Positions 12,200-24,541 of a DNA stretch of 64,000 nucleotides are shown here, piece by piece. The notes under the pieces are model-generated. The model saw nothing but the letters and a program-made list of their open reading frames with translations. It was not told the origin of the DNA and did not search any database. The DNA comes from Octopus sinensis (taxonomy: Eukaryota), in contig NC_042998.1 of the NCBI RefSeq assembly GCF_006345805.1, positions 31,496,001-31,560,000 of the forward strand, written 5' to 3'. Position 1 is the stretch's first letter. Each line of letters begins with the position of its first letter. Both the position numbers and the translations under genes were made by a program.

Positions 12200-13070
12200 G
12201 TTGAATGGGAATTTATCTCTTCCGACTCACAGCTATTTTTCCATAGTTTTATAACTCTTTCCAAAAGGTGTTCATCGTGTTTAGTGAGTTCGGTGTGCAT
12301 TGCTCGTTATTAGATGCTCTAATTTTAAGTAATTCAGTTCCTATTTTGACTTTCTCTAGTGTTAATTTCTCCCTAAGTGGTCTTTGTTGTTTGGGCTCTT
12401 CTGGGATTGGTTTGAGCTGTAGTTTACGTGATAAAATTAATGGTGGGATCTTTTCGGTTTGAACGGCAGTTTTTCTAGCGGTGTCATATGAAATTGTCAC
12501 CCATAATTATGACCCTAGTATCGATCTATTGCATTTCAATCTATTTTAGGGTTAGGGTTAGTTAGGATTAGTTAGGGTTAGGGTTAGGGGTGGGGGGAGG
12601 GGTATATTTTTTCTTCACAAATGTAAATAAACCCAATCTGTTTCTTAAACGAGGGACATATTCATACGGCACAGAATGTTTTCACCTCAATAGACGTCAT
12701 TGATTGGTTGAAATTGCAGAAATTGAAGAAAACAACAACAAATATCTTACAAACAATAGAATTTTCTCAATAAAGCCAAGAGAAAAAGATGTTTTATAAA
12801 CACATTCTACCAGTATACGAAGTTTAAAATTTTTTAGTTACCTAGAAATTATGTTAAAAACTGCCGTTCAAACCGAAAAGATCCTAATGGTATTGAGTTC
12901 ATATATTTTTCATATATTCCTGCCATTTTATTATTTGTTTATCATGTTCCAAAAGGAAAATTTTCTAGCGTTTCCCACACAGATTTATTTGAGTGAACAC
13001 ATAGGGAGATGTGTAAGTAATATCCAACCAAACTTCACAGTTTTTCCCATCTACTAGTGCAAAGAAACAA
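12200..13070 (-). mobile_element. Decayed LINE fragment (endonuclease-RT linker-like), interrupted by a MITE
   Basis: Remnant peptides EHDKQIIKWQEYMKNI and LTLEKVKIGTELLKIRASNNEQCTPNSL resemble the W.EY and IT..EV...LK..KA.G.D.IP motifs. Confidence 0.35.
12446..12884. mobile_element. MITE with 29-bp TIRs, 8-bp TSD and an internal (TTAGGG)n tract
   Basis: TIR GGATCTTTTCGGTTTGAACGGCAGTTTTT at both ends. TSD TAATGGTG / TAATGGTA. TTAGGG repeats at about 12546-12590. Confidence 0.9.
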
Positions 13071-13100
13071 TTTCTGTACAAGAACGTTTAAATAAAGACA

Positions 13101-13135
<35 letters not shown>

Positions 13136-13193
13136 ATCCAAACAAGAAAGCACCAAAAAACACAACAACGCGAGGACGTGGAACAAATATAAG

Positions 13194-13228
<35 letters not shown>

Positions 13229-13306
13229 ATAAATATTAGGGAATAAATCCAAATTTACAGGGAAAAAATCAGATTTAGGATTAAATCCAATTTTATAGTA
13301 AAATAT

Positions 13307-13461
13307 TATATAATATTATTAGAGACAAAACCACTATTTTGCAAAACAAACAAGGAAAGACTTAATCAATACATAAAATTTTATTAAAATTTTATGTATT
13401 GATTAAGTCTTTCCTTGTTTGTTTTGCAAAATAGTGGTTTTGTCTCTAATAATATTATATA
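13307..13461. repeat. Perfect palindrome (77-bp arms, 1-nt loop)
   Basis: Arms checked base by base. Part of an element whose diverged inverted copy lies at about 13794-14022. Confidence 0.95.
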
Positions 13462-13743
13462 TATATATATATATTTAGCAATTAAGGACAACTACTTAAT
13501 AAGGAAAACTTAACAAGAAATTGTCAGGTAGATAGCGTAAAAACCTCATAAGAGAAAAAATTTCGAAAATAATTATTTCTTATTGAACATATTAATTTAT
13601 ATATAGAGGGCATTATACATACATGCCAGAAGGCATTATACATACATGCCAAACGCTAAGAGGGACAATCAGTCATTTCTACCAAAAATATTACTAATCC
13701 CACCGAATGCAATTTTTCAAAGTAAGACATTTAAAAATATAGA

Positions 13744-13783
13744 CCTGTATCACAGTGATTTCATACTTACGTAATCATCAGCA
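13744..13783 (-). ncRNA. Type I hammerhead motif, stem I clipped by (TA)n
   Basis: Minus strand TG-CTGATGA-TTAC(GTAA)GTAT-GAAA-TCAC-T-GTGA-T-A-CAGG. Confidence 0.55.
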
Positions 13784-14030
13784 TATATATATATAATATT
13801 AATTAGAGACAAAACGACTATTATGTAAATCAAATTAATTAATCTTAATTATATTTAATTTATATAAAATATTTTATGTATTGGATTAAGTCTTTCTTTG
13901 TTTGATTTGCATAATAGTGGTTTCGTCTCTAATTAATATTATATTATATTTTACTATAAAATTGGATTCAATCATAAATCTGATTTTTCCCTGTAAATTT
14001 GGATTTATTCCCTAATATTTATTTATATAT

Positions 14031-14072
<42 letters not shown>

Positions 14073-14209
14073 AATATAAGAGAGTGTCCATTATGTGGTC
14101 GCTCTTGCGCTAAAAATAGATCCGCAATGGTCTCATCCACCAAAAATTGTTCCCAATGAGAATTAGCACAACTATGAACGTAAACGAGGACAAATGAAAA
14201 ATAATAAAA

Positions 14210-14270
<61 letters not shown>

Positions 14271-14304
14271 TGTATGTATGTATGTATGTATGTATCTATC
14301 TATC

Positions 14305-14336
<32 letters not shown>

Positions 14337-15101
14337 TATATATATATATATTATATCATGGAATATTGTAAGCGCACTATTCCTATGTAAATTATGGTTT
14401 TGTTCCACCTTTATATTAAATAATCTGTTGAGATCCAAATTACGTTTAGATCAATTTCTCTCCAAATACTATACTATGAGCTTCGTTTCTCAGTTTCGGT
14501 TGTTTGAGTGGTGTGTCGTTACAAAATATGCATTGAATGTAGAAACATACAGTTAGTATATCGAATTATCTTTTTCAGTTTATTTGGAAGCATTTGGAAA
14601 TAGACACTTAAGATTGCATGATTTATTTGTTAATAGCAATGTTTCGTATCTTCTTTAATTTTCATACTTTACACAAGCGATATGTTCTAAATTTTACTGT
14701 TATTTGTTCTTTGAATCCATGTGCGCATTTTATCTATTGAGGTATTGGCTTGATTTGCACTGAGTTTATGTATTCAGACTTGATGGGGACACGCGTTATG
14801 AAGCATTGCAAAAATTTGGAAATATCTCTTGTACGAAACAAAAAACTCAACAAAAACAAAAACGTTTCACAAACAGGTTAATGTGTATTATACAAGATTT
14901 GTTCAGTATATCAGCCATTTGCTCAGGGATTTTGCAGTCGTTATTTTACCGATGTTAATATATATTTTTCGGAGATATGATGTAGCAATACCCTCGATAT
15001 CTCGTCCATAGATCTACTAGTTTATTTTCAGAGGGGGTATTTGTATATTTGTAGATGTTTTCGTCATCATCGTCCTCGTCACCCCACCTCACACACACAC
15101 A

Positions 15102-15150
<49 letters not shown>

Positions 15151-15585
15151 CACATACACGCACACGCACACACACACACACATACACATACACACACACT
15201 CACACACACAAATGTTTAAAAGCTATAATGTTTCTTTGTTTCATTTTTCTACGTAGAATTTCTATTTAAAAATTAATATGCAGTCTATATCAGTCACTAC
15301 TTTCTTTGTCAAACTGTTTTCACTCGTATGCCGAAAATTCGAACGATATATATATATATACATCCGGAATATTAGTGCAGTTCCTATCAAAATTACCAAA
15401 TTATGCCTGCAAAAATGCAATAATCTAAATTACTTTCCCTCCCGCGTTCCATCTATCTATCCCTTCATCCATCCATCCATCCATCCATTCATCCATCCAT
15501 CCATCCATCCATCCATCCATCCATTCATCCATCTATCCATCCACCCATATACGCACGCAAGCACACACGCACACACACACACACG

Positions 15586-15619
<34 letters not shown>

Positions 15620-16737
15620 TGTGGCATAGAAGTCTAAAAACATCACACGTTTAGAACATCTTCGAAGACTCTATTGATCTTAAAATATATTGCCTTTTTG
15701 TGGATCCCAATTTTATACTTTGTTAATATTTTTGGAACATATTCCCAAAATTCCATTCATAACCACAAATTTTAATGAGCGAATGAACAACTATTATTGG
15801 ACGTTTTGTTTTCTTTTTTTTTGGTTTTATATGTCATTTTATTTTATTTGTTTCATCTAATTTTGACCTATCAGAAACTTCATTACATGATTGATGTATA
15901 TATTATATTAACACCAGTACTTGATGCAATAATTATATATTTTATGTAATAATTTATACTTTTTTGCCTTTAAAATCTTATTTTTTGGCTCAAAATGGCA
16001 ACAGTTAATATAATTTACAATAAGTAGTAACCATTCAGCAAGAATGCTGGCATCCATTCGTTCATTGATTTTGGCGAATGTTCAAACGATCACTTTACCT
16101 ATCATTTAAAATCAACGGTGCGAATGATTTCCATAAATATAGTCGATATCAGACACAGCAATATATTATTATATTAAACTTGTGAAATTATGAGCCATAG
16201 ATCTTTTAAGAAGAGCCCTTAGCTTCTTTATTTGCTCTTATGCGGCTGTTTAGGTGGGAACTAACATGAATGACTTTTTGTGAATGATATCCTACGTTAT
16301 ATCGAATACAATCTTCAATGTCTTGCTTAGTGATACGTACAATATATTGTTAAATATATAAGCAACACAATGATGATGGCTATTTGGAATCATATGCTAT
16401 AATATGCTGTAACGTTCTTGAATCAATAATCCTCTAGCAATACATTCTCTATCAATAATTCTGCAGCTTATCTATCACCAAAAATGTTATCAGAATATTT
16501 GGAAGAATTCCAATTACGAAGCTGGAATTAATACTAGCCACCTGTTTGAGACAGCGACATTTTAGGTCTTACAAAGAAATACAAAACCTGAAGTCTATGC
16601 ATTGCTAAGTACTCTGATAACGTCTCTATATTAAGCAGTTGATTTCTCATGTAACATACAGAATTACCTATGACGGACAGTTTCTCAGAAAGGTCCCTTC
16701 AGCGCTTCAAATGTTTTCATCCGTTGATGCATCCAAA

Positions 16738-17118
16738 TCTCTCTCTAGTTGTCTGTGTATGGCAGGTTTGGTAGCCTTCAACTAACACTATCTCCTCCGA
16801 GACCTTGCGGCGCAAGTTGGCCAAAATTGAGAGTATGATAGAAGAAGGCTTGCCTCTCCTTCCCTAGAAGACAAAATTCAAATCGGGCCATGTTAAGACC
16901 AAAAAGTATTTACATCAAAAAGGTGTTTTTTTTTCTATGAAAATCCCTATTTTTTACGATTTTTTGACTGCTGTGTCGCCATTTTTCGGTGTATTTCAAC
17001 CAGAAGAATGTTCACTTAAAGAGAATAACAAGCTACATAATGTAAAAGTTTTACTTTTCAAAAATTCCAATTCTAAAGGGTCGAAACAAACCCGAGCAAC
17101 GCCGGGCGATACTTCTGG
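16738..17118 (+). mobile_element. Non-autonomous Helitron
   Basis: A|TC start, subterminal hairpin CCCGAGCAACGCCGGG, CTGG|T end. Homologous to 19555 and 36530. Confidence 0.8.
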
Positions 17119-17648
17119 TATTAAATGCTTTAACCTCTTACCAATCTAAACTACGTGATCTAAGCATTTTCTTGCTACAGTGTTTCACTGACACACTCCT
17201 CGTTTTATAGCATGCAATAATATGAAACGAGGGTTTTAAAAAATCGTCGTTTTCATAGTGGGTGTAATATTACGTTTATATAACCAGAGTTGATAGACTT
17301 ATTTACTATAAGGAACGGGACACAAACTCAAGAAATAGTCATTTTATTGACATATTGCATAATGACGACGTGTATTTTTATGTGTAATGCGAATGGATCT
17401 GTAAATTTATACCTAAGCAACAGCGACATGGAAAACGCTGCATAAAGTGAAATGTGCACCGTAAAAACTGTTATGTAGGCACGAAATTACAAGAGTTTTG
17501 AAGAGGTGAAGCTGAATGCAGCATTCATACTATTTGGAAAGGGATTAATGAAATATTTTTATAAGCTTCAGTTTGGAAAGAAAAATCGTATAAACTATTT
17601 CCATTACTGAAAATATACCACAGCATGAAAATGAAAGGATTAACTTAC

Positions 17649-17705
17649 CTGGAATAATTTGTAGTTCAAAGAAATTACAGATTCGTAATATGAATATAAA
17701 TCATA
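17649..17705 (-). other. Candidate 57-nt exon
   Basis: TTCAG| YDLYSYYESVISLNYKLFQ CAG|GTAAGT. Confidence 0.25.
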
Positions 17706-18399
17706 CTGAATTTGTTTTCTCGAGCGAATAGAGTGAAGTGGTAAAATTATCCTCGCGAAATTTCATCTCTGAAATTACATAATACTCCGGTGTATTAAAT
17801 TCTGAGATCTATAGCCTCGTAATGTATATTATTTGTGCTAATGGGAATTTTTGTAAAATAAGTTCATAAGTATTTACGATCAAAATGTTATCAAACTACT
17901 GTTTTTATATATATTTGTAAAACCGGCAATTTTATGTGGTATATAATGTGTAATATAATGATGATGGAAACGCTGTTTCATTCTAATTTCTACTATTTAA
18001 ACGTTAGGCTAGGAGAGTGATAAACATATTCATTTCGATTTTAAACGTATGACTTTGTTTCGTTCTTATAAATCACTATGTCAATAATATTACTGGACAC
18101 CCGTTTTCCCCTATTAAAATTAATCCGCTCTTTCAAAAGCCAAGAAATGTTTGAAATGATTGTGAAAATACACATTAAGTTCGCAAGTTTAAACACCCCA
18201 GTTTGCTTCTTGATATTTCATAACCGAAATTTTTGGGGAAATAACATAGCTTTCAAATTGGTAGAGTAGGTCGAGCATTTGATAGAATATGCTTAGGAAT
18301 TTATTCCGGTTCGTGTCGCGCTGAGTTTATTGTCCATGAAGGTCAACTTTGTATTTTCTTTCTTTCAGAGTTACCGGAAAATTACCAAACCCAGACTGG

Positions 18400-18995
18400 C
18401 TGATTAGAGAAACTTTTAGAGTGTTGAGGGTAATGTCAGGTGGTGTCTCTTCCGATATTTCGGTTCTGACAATAAAGCTTGCCACGACACGGCTATCAAG
18501 CTCTTTCATTGGACAACATCGCCAGCGTGGAAACTGAGGAACTGCACACGAAAAAGACTATCCTAGAAAAAATAAAGAGAATCCTTTTGTTATTGAAGAC
18601 GAACACAAATACCAGCATAAGGAATTCTGGTGGAACATCTGTCAAGTTTCAACAAAATATCTACCAACTTTCAACATAACAGGCTGGATATTTTTGTTTG
18701 GTGCAGACTAGAAAAAGTATGTACCGTCATAGAGGTCAAATGCCCTGTTGATGTGGATACCTGTTTGGAAATCAAAGGGAAAGACGATAACTTCTTCTAA
18801 ACCTTGAGCTTCTGTATTCGGGATACAAACTTATATCTATATCAATAATAATTGAAGCACTTAGTATTGTAAGTAAATGCCTAACTTTTAGTCTGGACTA
18901 ACTTGGACTTTCAGAAAAAGAAATCAACCGATTCGCACATTATAAAAGCATCTGTAAGCGGAACAGTAAAACTATGTAAAACTATTCCCTGGTTT
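18400..18995 (+). mobile_element. Decayed RLE-type LINE 3' part (second family)
   Basis: Remnants ENPFVIED...EFWWNI...HNRLDIFVW...TVIEVKCPVD...IIIEALS. Confidence 0.75.
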
Positions 18996-19153
18996 AAAAT
19001 GTGACATTGTTTTCTTTATTGACACTCCAAATATGGAGCTTTGTATGTTTGTTAGAAACCAGCTCCTTCTCCCGAGGAAGAATTTAAATGATTTGAAACT
19101 CATATCAGAGTAACTCACAGTAAACATTATTATTAAGATTAAAATAAAAATTA

Positions 19154-19237
19154 TCCCTCTCCCAAAAAGCCATCTCTATTCATTTTTCCATATATATATA
19201 TGGAAAAATGAATAGAGATGGCTTTTTGGGAGGGGGA
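19154..19237. repeat. Palindrome centred on (TA)5
   Basis: CTCCCAAAAAGCCATCTCTATTCATTTTTCCA-(TA)5-TGGAAAAATGAATAGAGATGGCTTTTTGGGAG. Confidence 0.9.
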
Positions 19238-19245
19238 AAATTTTA

Positions 19246-19315
<70 letters not shown>

Positions 19316-19554
19316 ACATATATGTATGCTCGCATATTGGTTAGATGTTAATGATTCACTCTGCCGTAGCTCCGAGATCCTCCATGTTTGATTATCTTGG
19401 AATGATAATGAAAACTGAGGACTGGAGGTAATTATTTATTTTATACACTTAAAAACATCAGCCAAAACATCATACTTGCATCTTAGCAATGTAACCGGTA
19501 TAAGCAAAGCAGTAGTTCTACTGACCACTGATAATCAGTAATCAGTTATATCAA

Positions 19555-19925
19555 TCTCTCTCTATATGAAGCTGAAGTTGTCTGTGTGTGTGTGTGTGGC
19601 AGGTTTGGCAGCCTTCAACTAACACTATCTCCTCCGAGACCCTGCGGCGCAAGTTGACCAAAATTGAGAGTATGATAGAAGAAGGCCTGCTCTTCATTTC
19701 GTAGAAGAAAAAATTCAAATCAGACCATGTTAACACCAAAAAGTATTTACATAAAAAAAGTGCTTTTTTTCTATGAAAATCCCTATTTTTTACGATTTTT
19801 TGACTGCTGCGTATTTCAACAACAAAAATGTTCACTTAAAAAGAATAACAAGCTACATAATGCAAAATTTTTACTTTTCAAAAATTCCAATTCTAAAGGG
19901 TCGAAACAAACCTGAGCAACGTTAG
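19555..19925 (+). mobile_element. Non-autonomous Helitron (3' hairpin half deleted)
   Basis: Homologous to 16738 and 36530; A|TC start. Confidence 0.75.
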
Positions 19926-20262
19926 TATAGTATAAACGGACAATATCTATCGCGTACACATTTCTCCAACCGTCTACAAGATTATGCTGCTGTACTCATC
20001 GTACTATTCTGAAAAACATTATCGAAACAAACTTCATTAATAGAACCTAACAGTGTGTTGCTTACCATTTTACAGCCGTTACATTTATCTTATTGTCGCT
20101 GAATCATTGCGTTCCAATAGTTATGCTCTATCACATGTATTAGGTAATCTGCCTCCCGTTTGTTTATTCAAACGAGTGTACACACGTATGTTACATTTTT
20201 GCTTATCTATCTCCCTTTTTCTTTACTTGTATGAGTATGAATGTATATAATAGACACATACA

Positions 20263-20293
<31 letters not shown>

Positions 20294-20327
20294 TCACACA
20301 GAGTATGTATGTGTGTATGAAAATATA

Positions 20328-20546
20328 TATTTCTTTACTACCCACAAGGGGCTAAACACAGAGGGGACAAACGGATTAAGTCGATTACATCGACCCCAGT
20401 GCCTAACTGGCACTTAATTTATCGACCCCGAAAGGATGAAAGGCAAAGTCGACCTCGGCGGAATTTGAACACAGAACGTAACGCCAGACGAAATACGGCT
20501 ACGCATTTCGCCCGGCGTGCTAACGTTTCTGCTAGCTCGCCGCCTT
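20328..20546 (-). mobile_element. SINE family A
   Basis: Full-length reverse complement of the family A consensus. Confidence 0.9.
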
Positions 20547-23354
20547 CTTGTGTGTCGAAAATATAGTTGATTTGCCCTTCGCTTACCTATGTAGTGGTGT
20601 TGTAAGTAGATTTCTCTTGTTTAGGAAATAAATGAAATTTTATCCGTATGGATTGGCAACGATATTGCTAGAATTACAGTACCATGCGCTGATAGTTTCC
20701 CCACCCAGTCACCTCAAGGCTTTTACTTGTTACATGCCTTTAAATTTCGTGGTATTGTTAATATTCTTGTCAATAGCTTGTGATGAACATACTTTTATCT
20801 ATAGAAAATAAAATTAATGGTTATATTCTTTCCACAAATATTAGAAGAAACAAAAATGACAAAACGGTGAAAACTTTTCCAAATTTAAGTAATGAGATTT
20901 TACATGCGTCTTATAACTTTAAATGTTATCATCTTTCTTGATATTTATGTAGACGTCAGCAATTTATTTAATCGATTATCTAAATTTAAGATGATCAACA
21001 CCATTTGAAATATGAAGTAAACTAGATGCTTTTTTTCTTTCATTGAATATTAAATGATGTAACGTTAGAAGACGAAGAAGATTCCTAGAAATTAATATCA
21101 CTATTTGATCTTGATTCTTATGCAAAATATTTCTGTTGATATACGTCTGTTGTGGCCTTTGGGAAATTATGGAATAAATGAATGAGCGTGTGTTGGGTTG
21201 ATTAAAGTAGGAAGAACCGACTAAATATGTTATAGTATATAATTTCATTAACTTTTTCATTTGTTCTGACTTGAAATCCATTGGGGTTAGTATTCTACTC
21301 TATTTTCCCGGTAAAACAATGCGAGAGATCATGTTAACGGTGTCCTCATTAACAATATAATAAACTCATATTTGCTCAATTTTAAAATTTGTATCTTTTT
21401 TCTTCATCACCGATCTAACCGTAACAGTAGCATTTGAACTCATCTCATGTAGGGCGTCCAATAGGACGCCCGTAGGGGTTTCGGTTGCGCATACTATAGG
21501 AGTCACAGGGCGCTGCTCTATGTGGTTCCACAGTTTCCATCTAACTAGAAATATTAGGGTCTCATCCATTGTCTTATATTCAAGATTCACTTCATGACAT
21601 TCTGGTAGTTCAAAGCCAGGAATCGGATCTGTTAGGCCCTGCCGATAACTAAATCCACGCCCTGCTGTCGACGCTTCGATTTATTGTCAAGGTTTTATCT
21701 GTCTCCTACATTTCGACCTGTCTGGCCTGGTAAGACCTGCCTGAAGATTTCTCTCTGACCCTCCGGGTCAATGGAGCACACAGGCACTTCGCCGCGACAA
21801 GGTACTTGTTGAATTGGCCGTTGACTGCACAGTAGTTCTTCCGCCCATTGACGGGTCTTATTTTTCGTCTCGCACGGTGCCCAACATTCACCCTCCTCAC
21901 CAAGCAAGCTTAATGGGGTTGCCAGTTTAGTCACCGACGACCCAGCCATGCGACAGGTTGTACTGGGTTACATGTTACTAGTAGCGCTCAAGAGCAACGT
22001 ATAAAAACAGAAGTAAAAATACACCACATGAGAGAATCTTCATCGATTCTCTACCAAACTGTAACATAATAATGATCTCCACTTCTATATATTTTCAAGA
22101 GACATCAAATTATTACATACTTTCATACACATAGAATAGTCATTGAAATAAATAAAATATTGAAAGTGTATAGCTAAGGTAAGAAGCAAAAAGAAAAAGA
22201 TTTACAATCGGTTATAATGATATGAAAAAAACCCACAAAAGTTTGTTTCAGTCATTTATTCAATCGCTCACTGAAAAAAATTTCACATACATTTGTGGGC
22301 GTGTTACTGTGTTCTGCACATGACTGATGCTTATATTATCTAAAATCATTTTATGTTGAAAATCTAAATTGCCATATCAGTTAATTTCCTTATAACTTGA
22401 TTCGTAGTTTTTTCTTTCTCATAGCGAACGTATCATCGGGGTTTGCTATTTTGCTATTCTGGAAATACAAATATAGAGTGCACTTTATGTGAGAAGATTT
22501 AGGTAGTTATAATCAATTTTGCTATGCTAAGGAAATAACCTATAATCTTATGCCGATAAAAGAAATACAGTTTACATGTCACAGAAAAATTATATACCTA
22601 TTGAAATTGGGAAAGATAAACGGAGAGTAAGAGAGAGGAAGCCGAGTGTGTAACAGAGGGAAATAAGTGCAGAGACAGTGAAGAAGAGAAACAAGCGCTC
22701 TGTACAAAAATACTCACGTATAAAACAAGTGATAGCATATGTATGAATGTATATATGTATGTATATAGGGAGAATATATGTAAATATATATTTCACTTAG
22801 GCATAGCAAGATTAATAACTTAGAGTTGAAATCAATATACGTATGATACAAAAGACAATGTTGTATGAGTATTGAGGGGTAACAAATACAAAGCAATGAC
22901 ACCGGAGAAAAGCCAAATATTTTATAATGAACGTCATGAGCTTACAGCTGTTTCCGTTATAGCATGTGGTGGACTCCACCAAATCTATTTATATTATACT
23001 AAAATTCAAAGTTTGTCTGTCTGTTTTTCTGCCATTTGATTAAGATGATATAGATTACAAATAAAATAGCCATTTCCCCCTTTCAGAAAAAAAAAATCAA
23101 GTTGAAAATGTCGACACGTCAAAGAGTCGTTGAAGCTACCGCCATCCGTCCTTTTTTCTTACTTTCTTTTTCCTCTTGATCATTTATACAACTTTTGGAG
23201 TGCCGTGACTTAAAGGATAGAAATTCTCCCTATATTTTTACGAGATATTTTTGAATCACGAGTACTTGATTTTTGTTTTTGTTAAAGGAGAAAATTACTA
23301 TTCTATTTAAAATAACATATCAATCTTTATCATCTTAATCCAAAAGGCAGAAAA

Positions 23355-23413
<59 letters not shown>

Positions 23414-23559
23414 CTCTTTATACACGAAGATCACTTTCAATGGGAGGAGTTGAAACGCATGAAAATGGAAAAACAAACAACAAATGGGTTGTACCTTATA
23501 ATGAAACACTTTTAAATGCATTCAAATACCACTGCAACGTTGAAATCTTTGCCTCATTG

Positions 23560-23807
23560 TATGTAGCTTGCGTACTAATCACATGGTTCTAGGTTCAGTC
23601 CCACTGCGTGGCACCTTCGGCAAGTGTTTTCTTCTATAGCCTCGGGCCGACCAAAGCCTTGTGAGTGGATTTGGTAGACGGAAACTGAAAGAAGCCCGTC
23701 GTATATATGTTTATGTATGTGTGTGTGTGTCTGTGTTAGTCGATTTGCTCGGCTAAACGCGGTGCTCCAGCATGGCCGCAGTCAAATGACTGAAACAAGT
23801 AAAAGAG

Positions 23808-23810
<3 letters not shown>
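23560..23810 (+). mobile_element. tRNA-type SINE family C (internal microsatellite), deleted copy
   Basis: GGTTCAGTCCCACTGCGTGGCACC...GAAAGAAGCCCGTCG...GACTGAAACAAGTAAAAGAGTA. Related copies at 44452, 45415, 49282, 53362 and 59000. Confidence 0.8.
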
Positions 23811-23838
<28 letters not shown>

Positions 23839-23845
23839 ATGTGTT

Positions 23846-24481
23846 ACTAGAGTTAGCCACTTAACGTTAACTCTCTTATATTTATGTATAAATTTGTACT
23901 GTCTCCCTGGTTTCTATGTGCTAGGCCACTTGGTGTCAATCTGACGGTATTATTAAATTAATATCTAATTTTTCACCCCCATTTATGAATTTCATAAAAT
24001 AAGTATGCTGCAGCAAATATTGTATGCGGTATTGGTTTCCACGGAGTCTTAGCATGCTTTTGGCGGGAAGCTAAACCACAACTATGTATGCAATCGATCA
24101 GACCGCATGAGTATTTTAACGCCCGTGTGGGTCTGATAAATTGTATCGAGGACAAATACTGCTGATGAATTATAGAAAAATATGTGAGTATAATTGCATA
24201 TTATGTTGATAAAGAAACAATTGTTCAGTATTAATCTATCTTTTCGTTGTATTTCGCTTCCCTTACGTTGAAGGTAATGTTATTTCTTATGTGGAAACAA
24301 TCTTCGGTGGCTATACCAGAATAAGGAGCTATTTCTAGCACTAGAGTTAGCCACGTAACGTTAACTCTCTTATATTTATGTATAAATTTGTACTGTCTCC
24401 CTGGTTTCTATGTGCTAGGCCACTTGGTGTCAAACTGACGGTATTATTTAATTAATATATAATTTTTCACCCTCATTTATG

Positions 24482-24485
<4 letters not shown>
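23846..24485 (+). mobile_element. Retrozyme/PLE-like partial tandem (494-nt period, 146-bp direct repeats)
   Basis: Direct repeats 23846-23991 and 24340-24485 (5 substitutions), internal hammerhead, (TA)-rich flanks. Confidence 0.75.
24155..24232 (+). ncRNA. Type I hammerhead ribozyme motif
   Basis: AATACTG-CTGATGA-[long stem II including AATATGTGA/TTGCATATT]-GAAA-CAATTG-T-T-CAGTATT: 7-bp stem I, palindromic stem III ACAATTGT, A:A mismatch at the base of stem II. Confidence 0.65.
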
Positions 24486-24530
<45 letters not shown>

Positions 24531-24541
24531 GTGAAATAGAA

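Noticed and set aside
12546-12590. TTAGGG repeats as a chromosome end or fusion scar
   Set aside because: Short, degenerate and enclosed within MITE TIRs.
12890-13060. GIY-YIG endonuclease remnant
   Set aside because: An alternative frame fits a LINE endonuclease-RT linker better; no GIY/YIG motifs.
16937-17149. Similar short ORFs MKIPIFYDF... here and at 19727 and 36695
   Set aside because: They are copies of one non-autonomous Helitron, not a gene family.
22935-22985. Minus-strand GAAAC-AGCT-GTA palindromic stem III
   Set aside because: No intact CUGANGA core upstream; possibly a disrupted remnant but unsupported.
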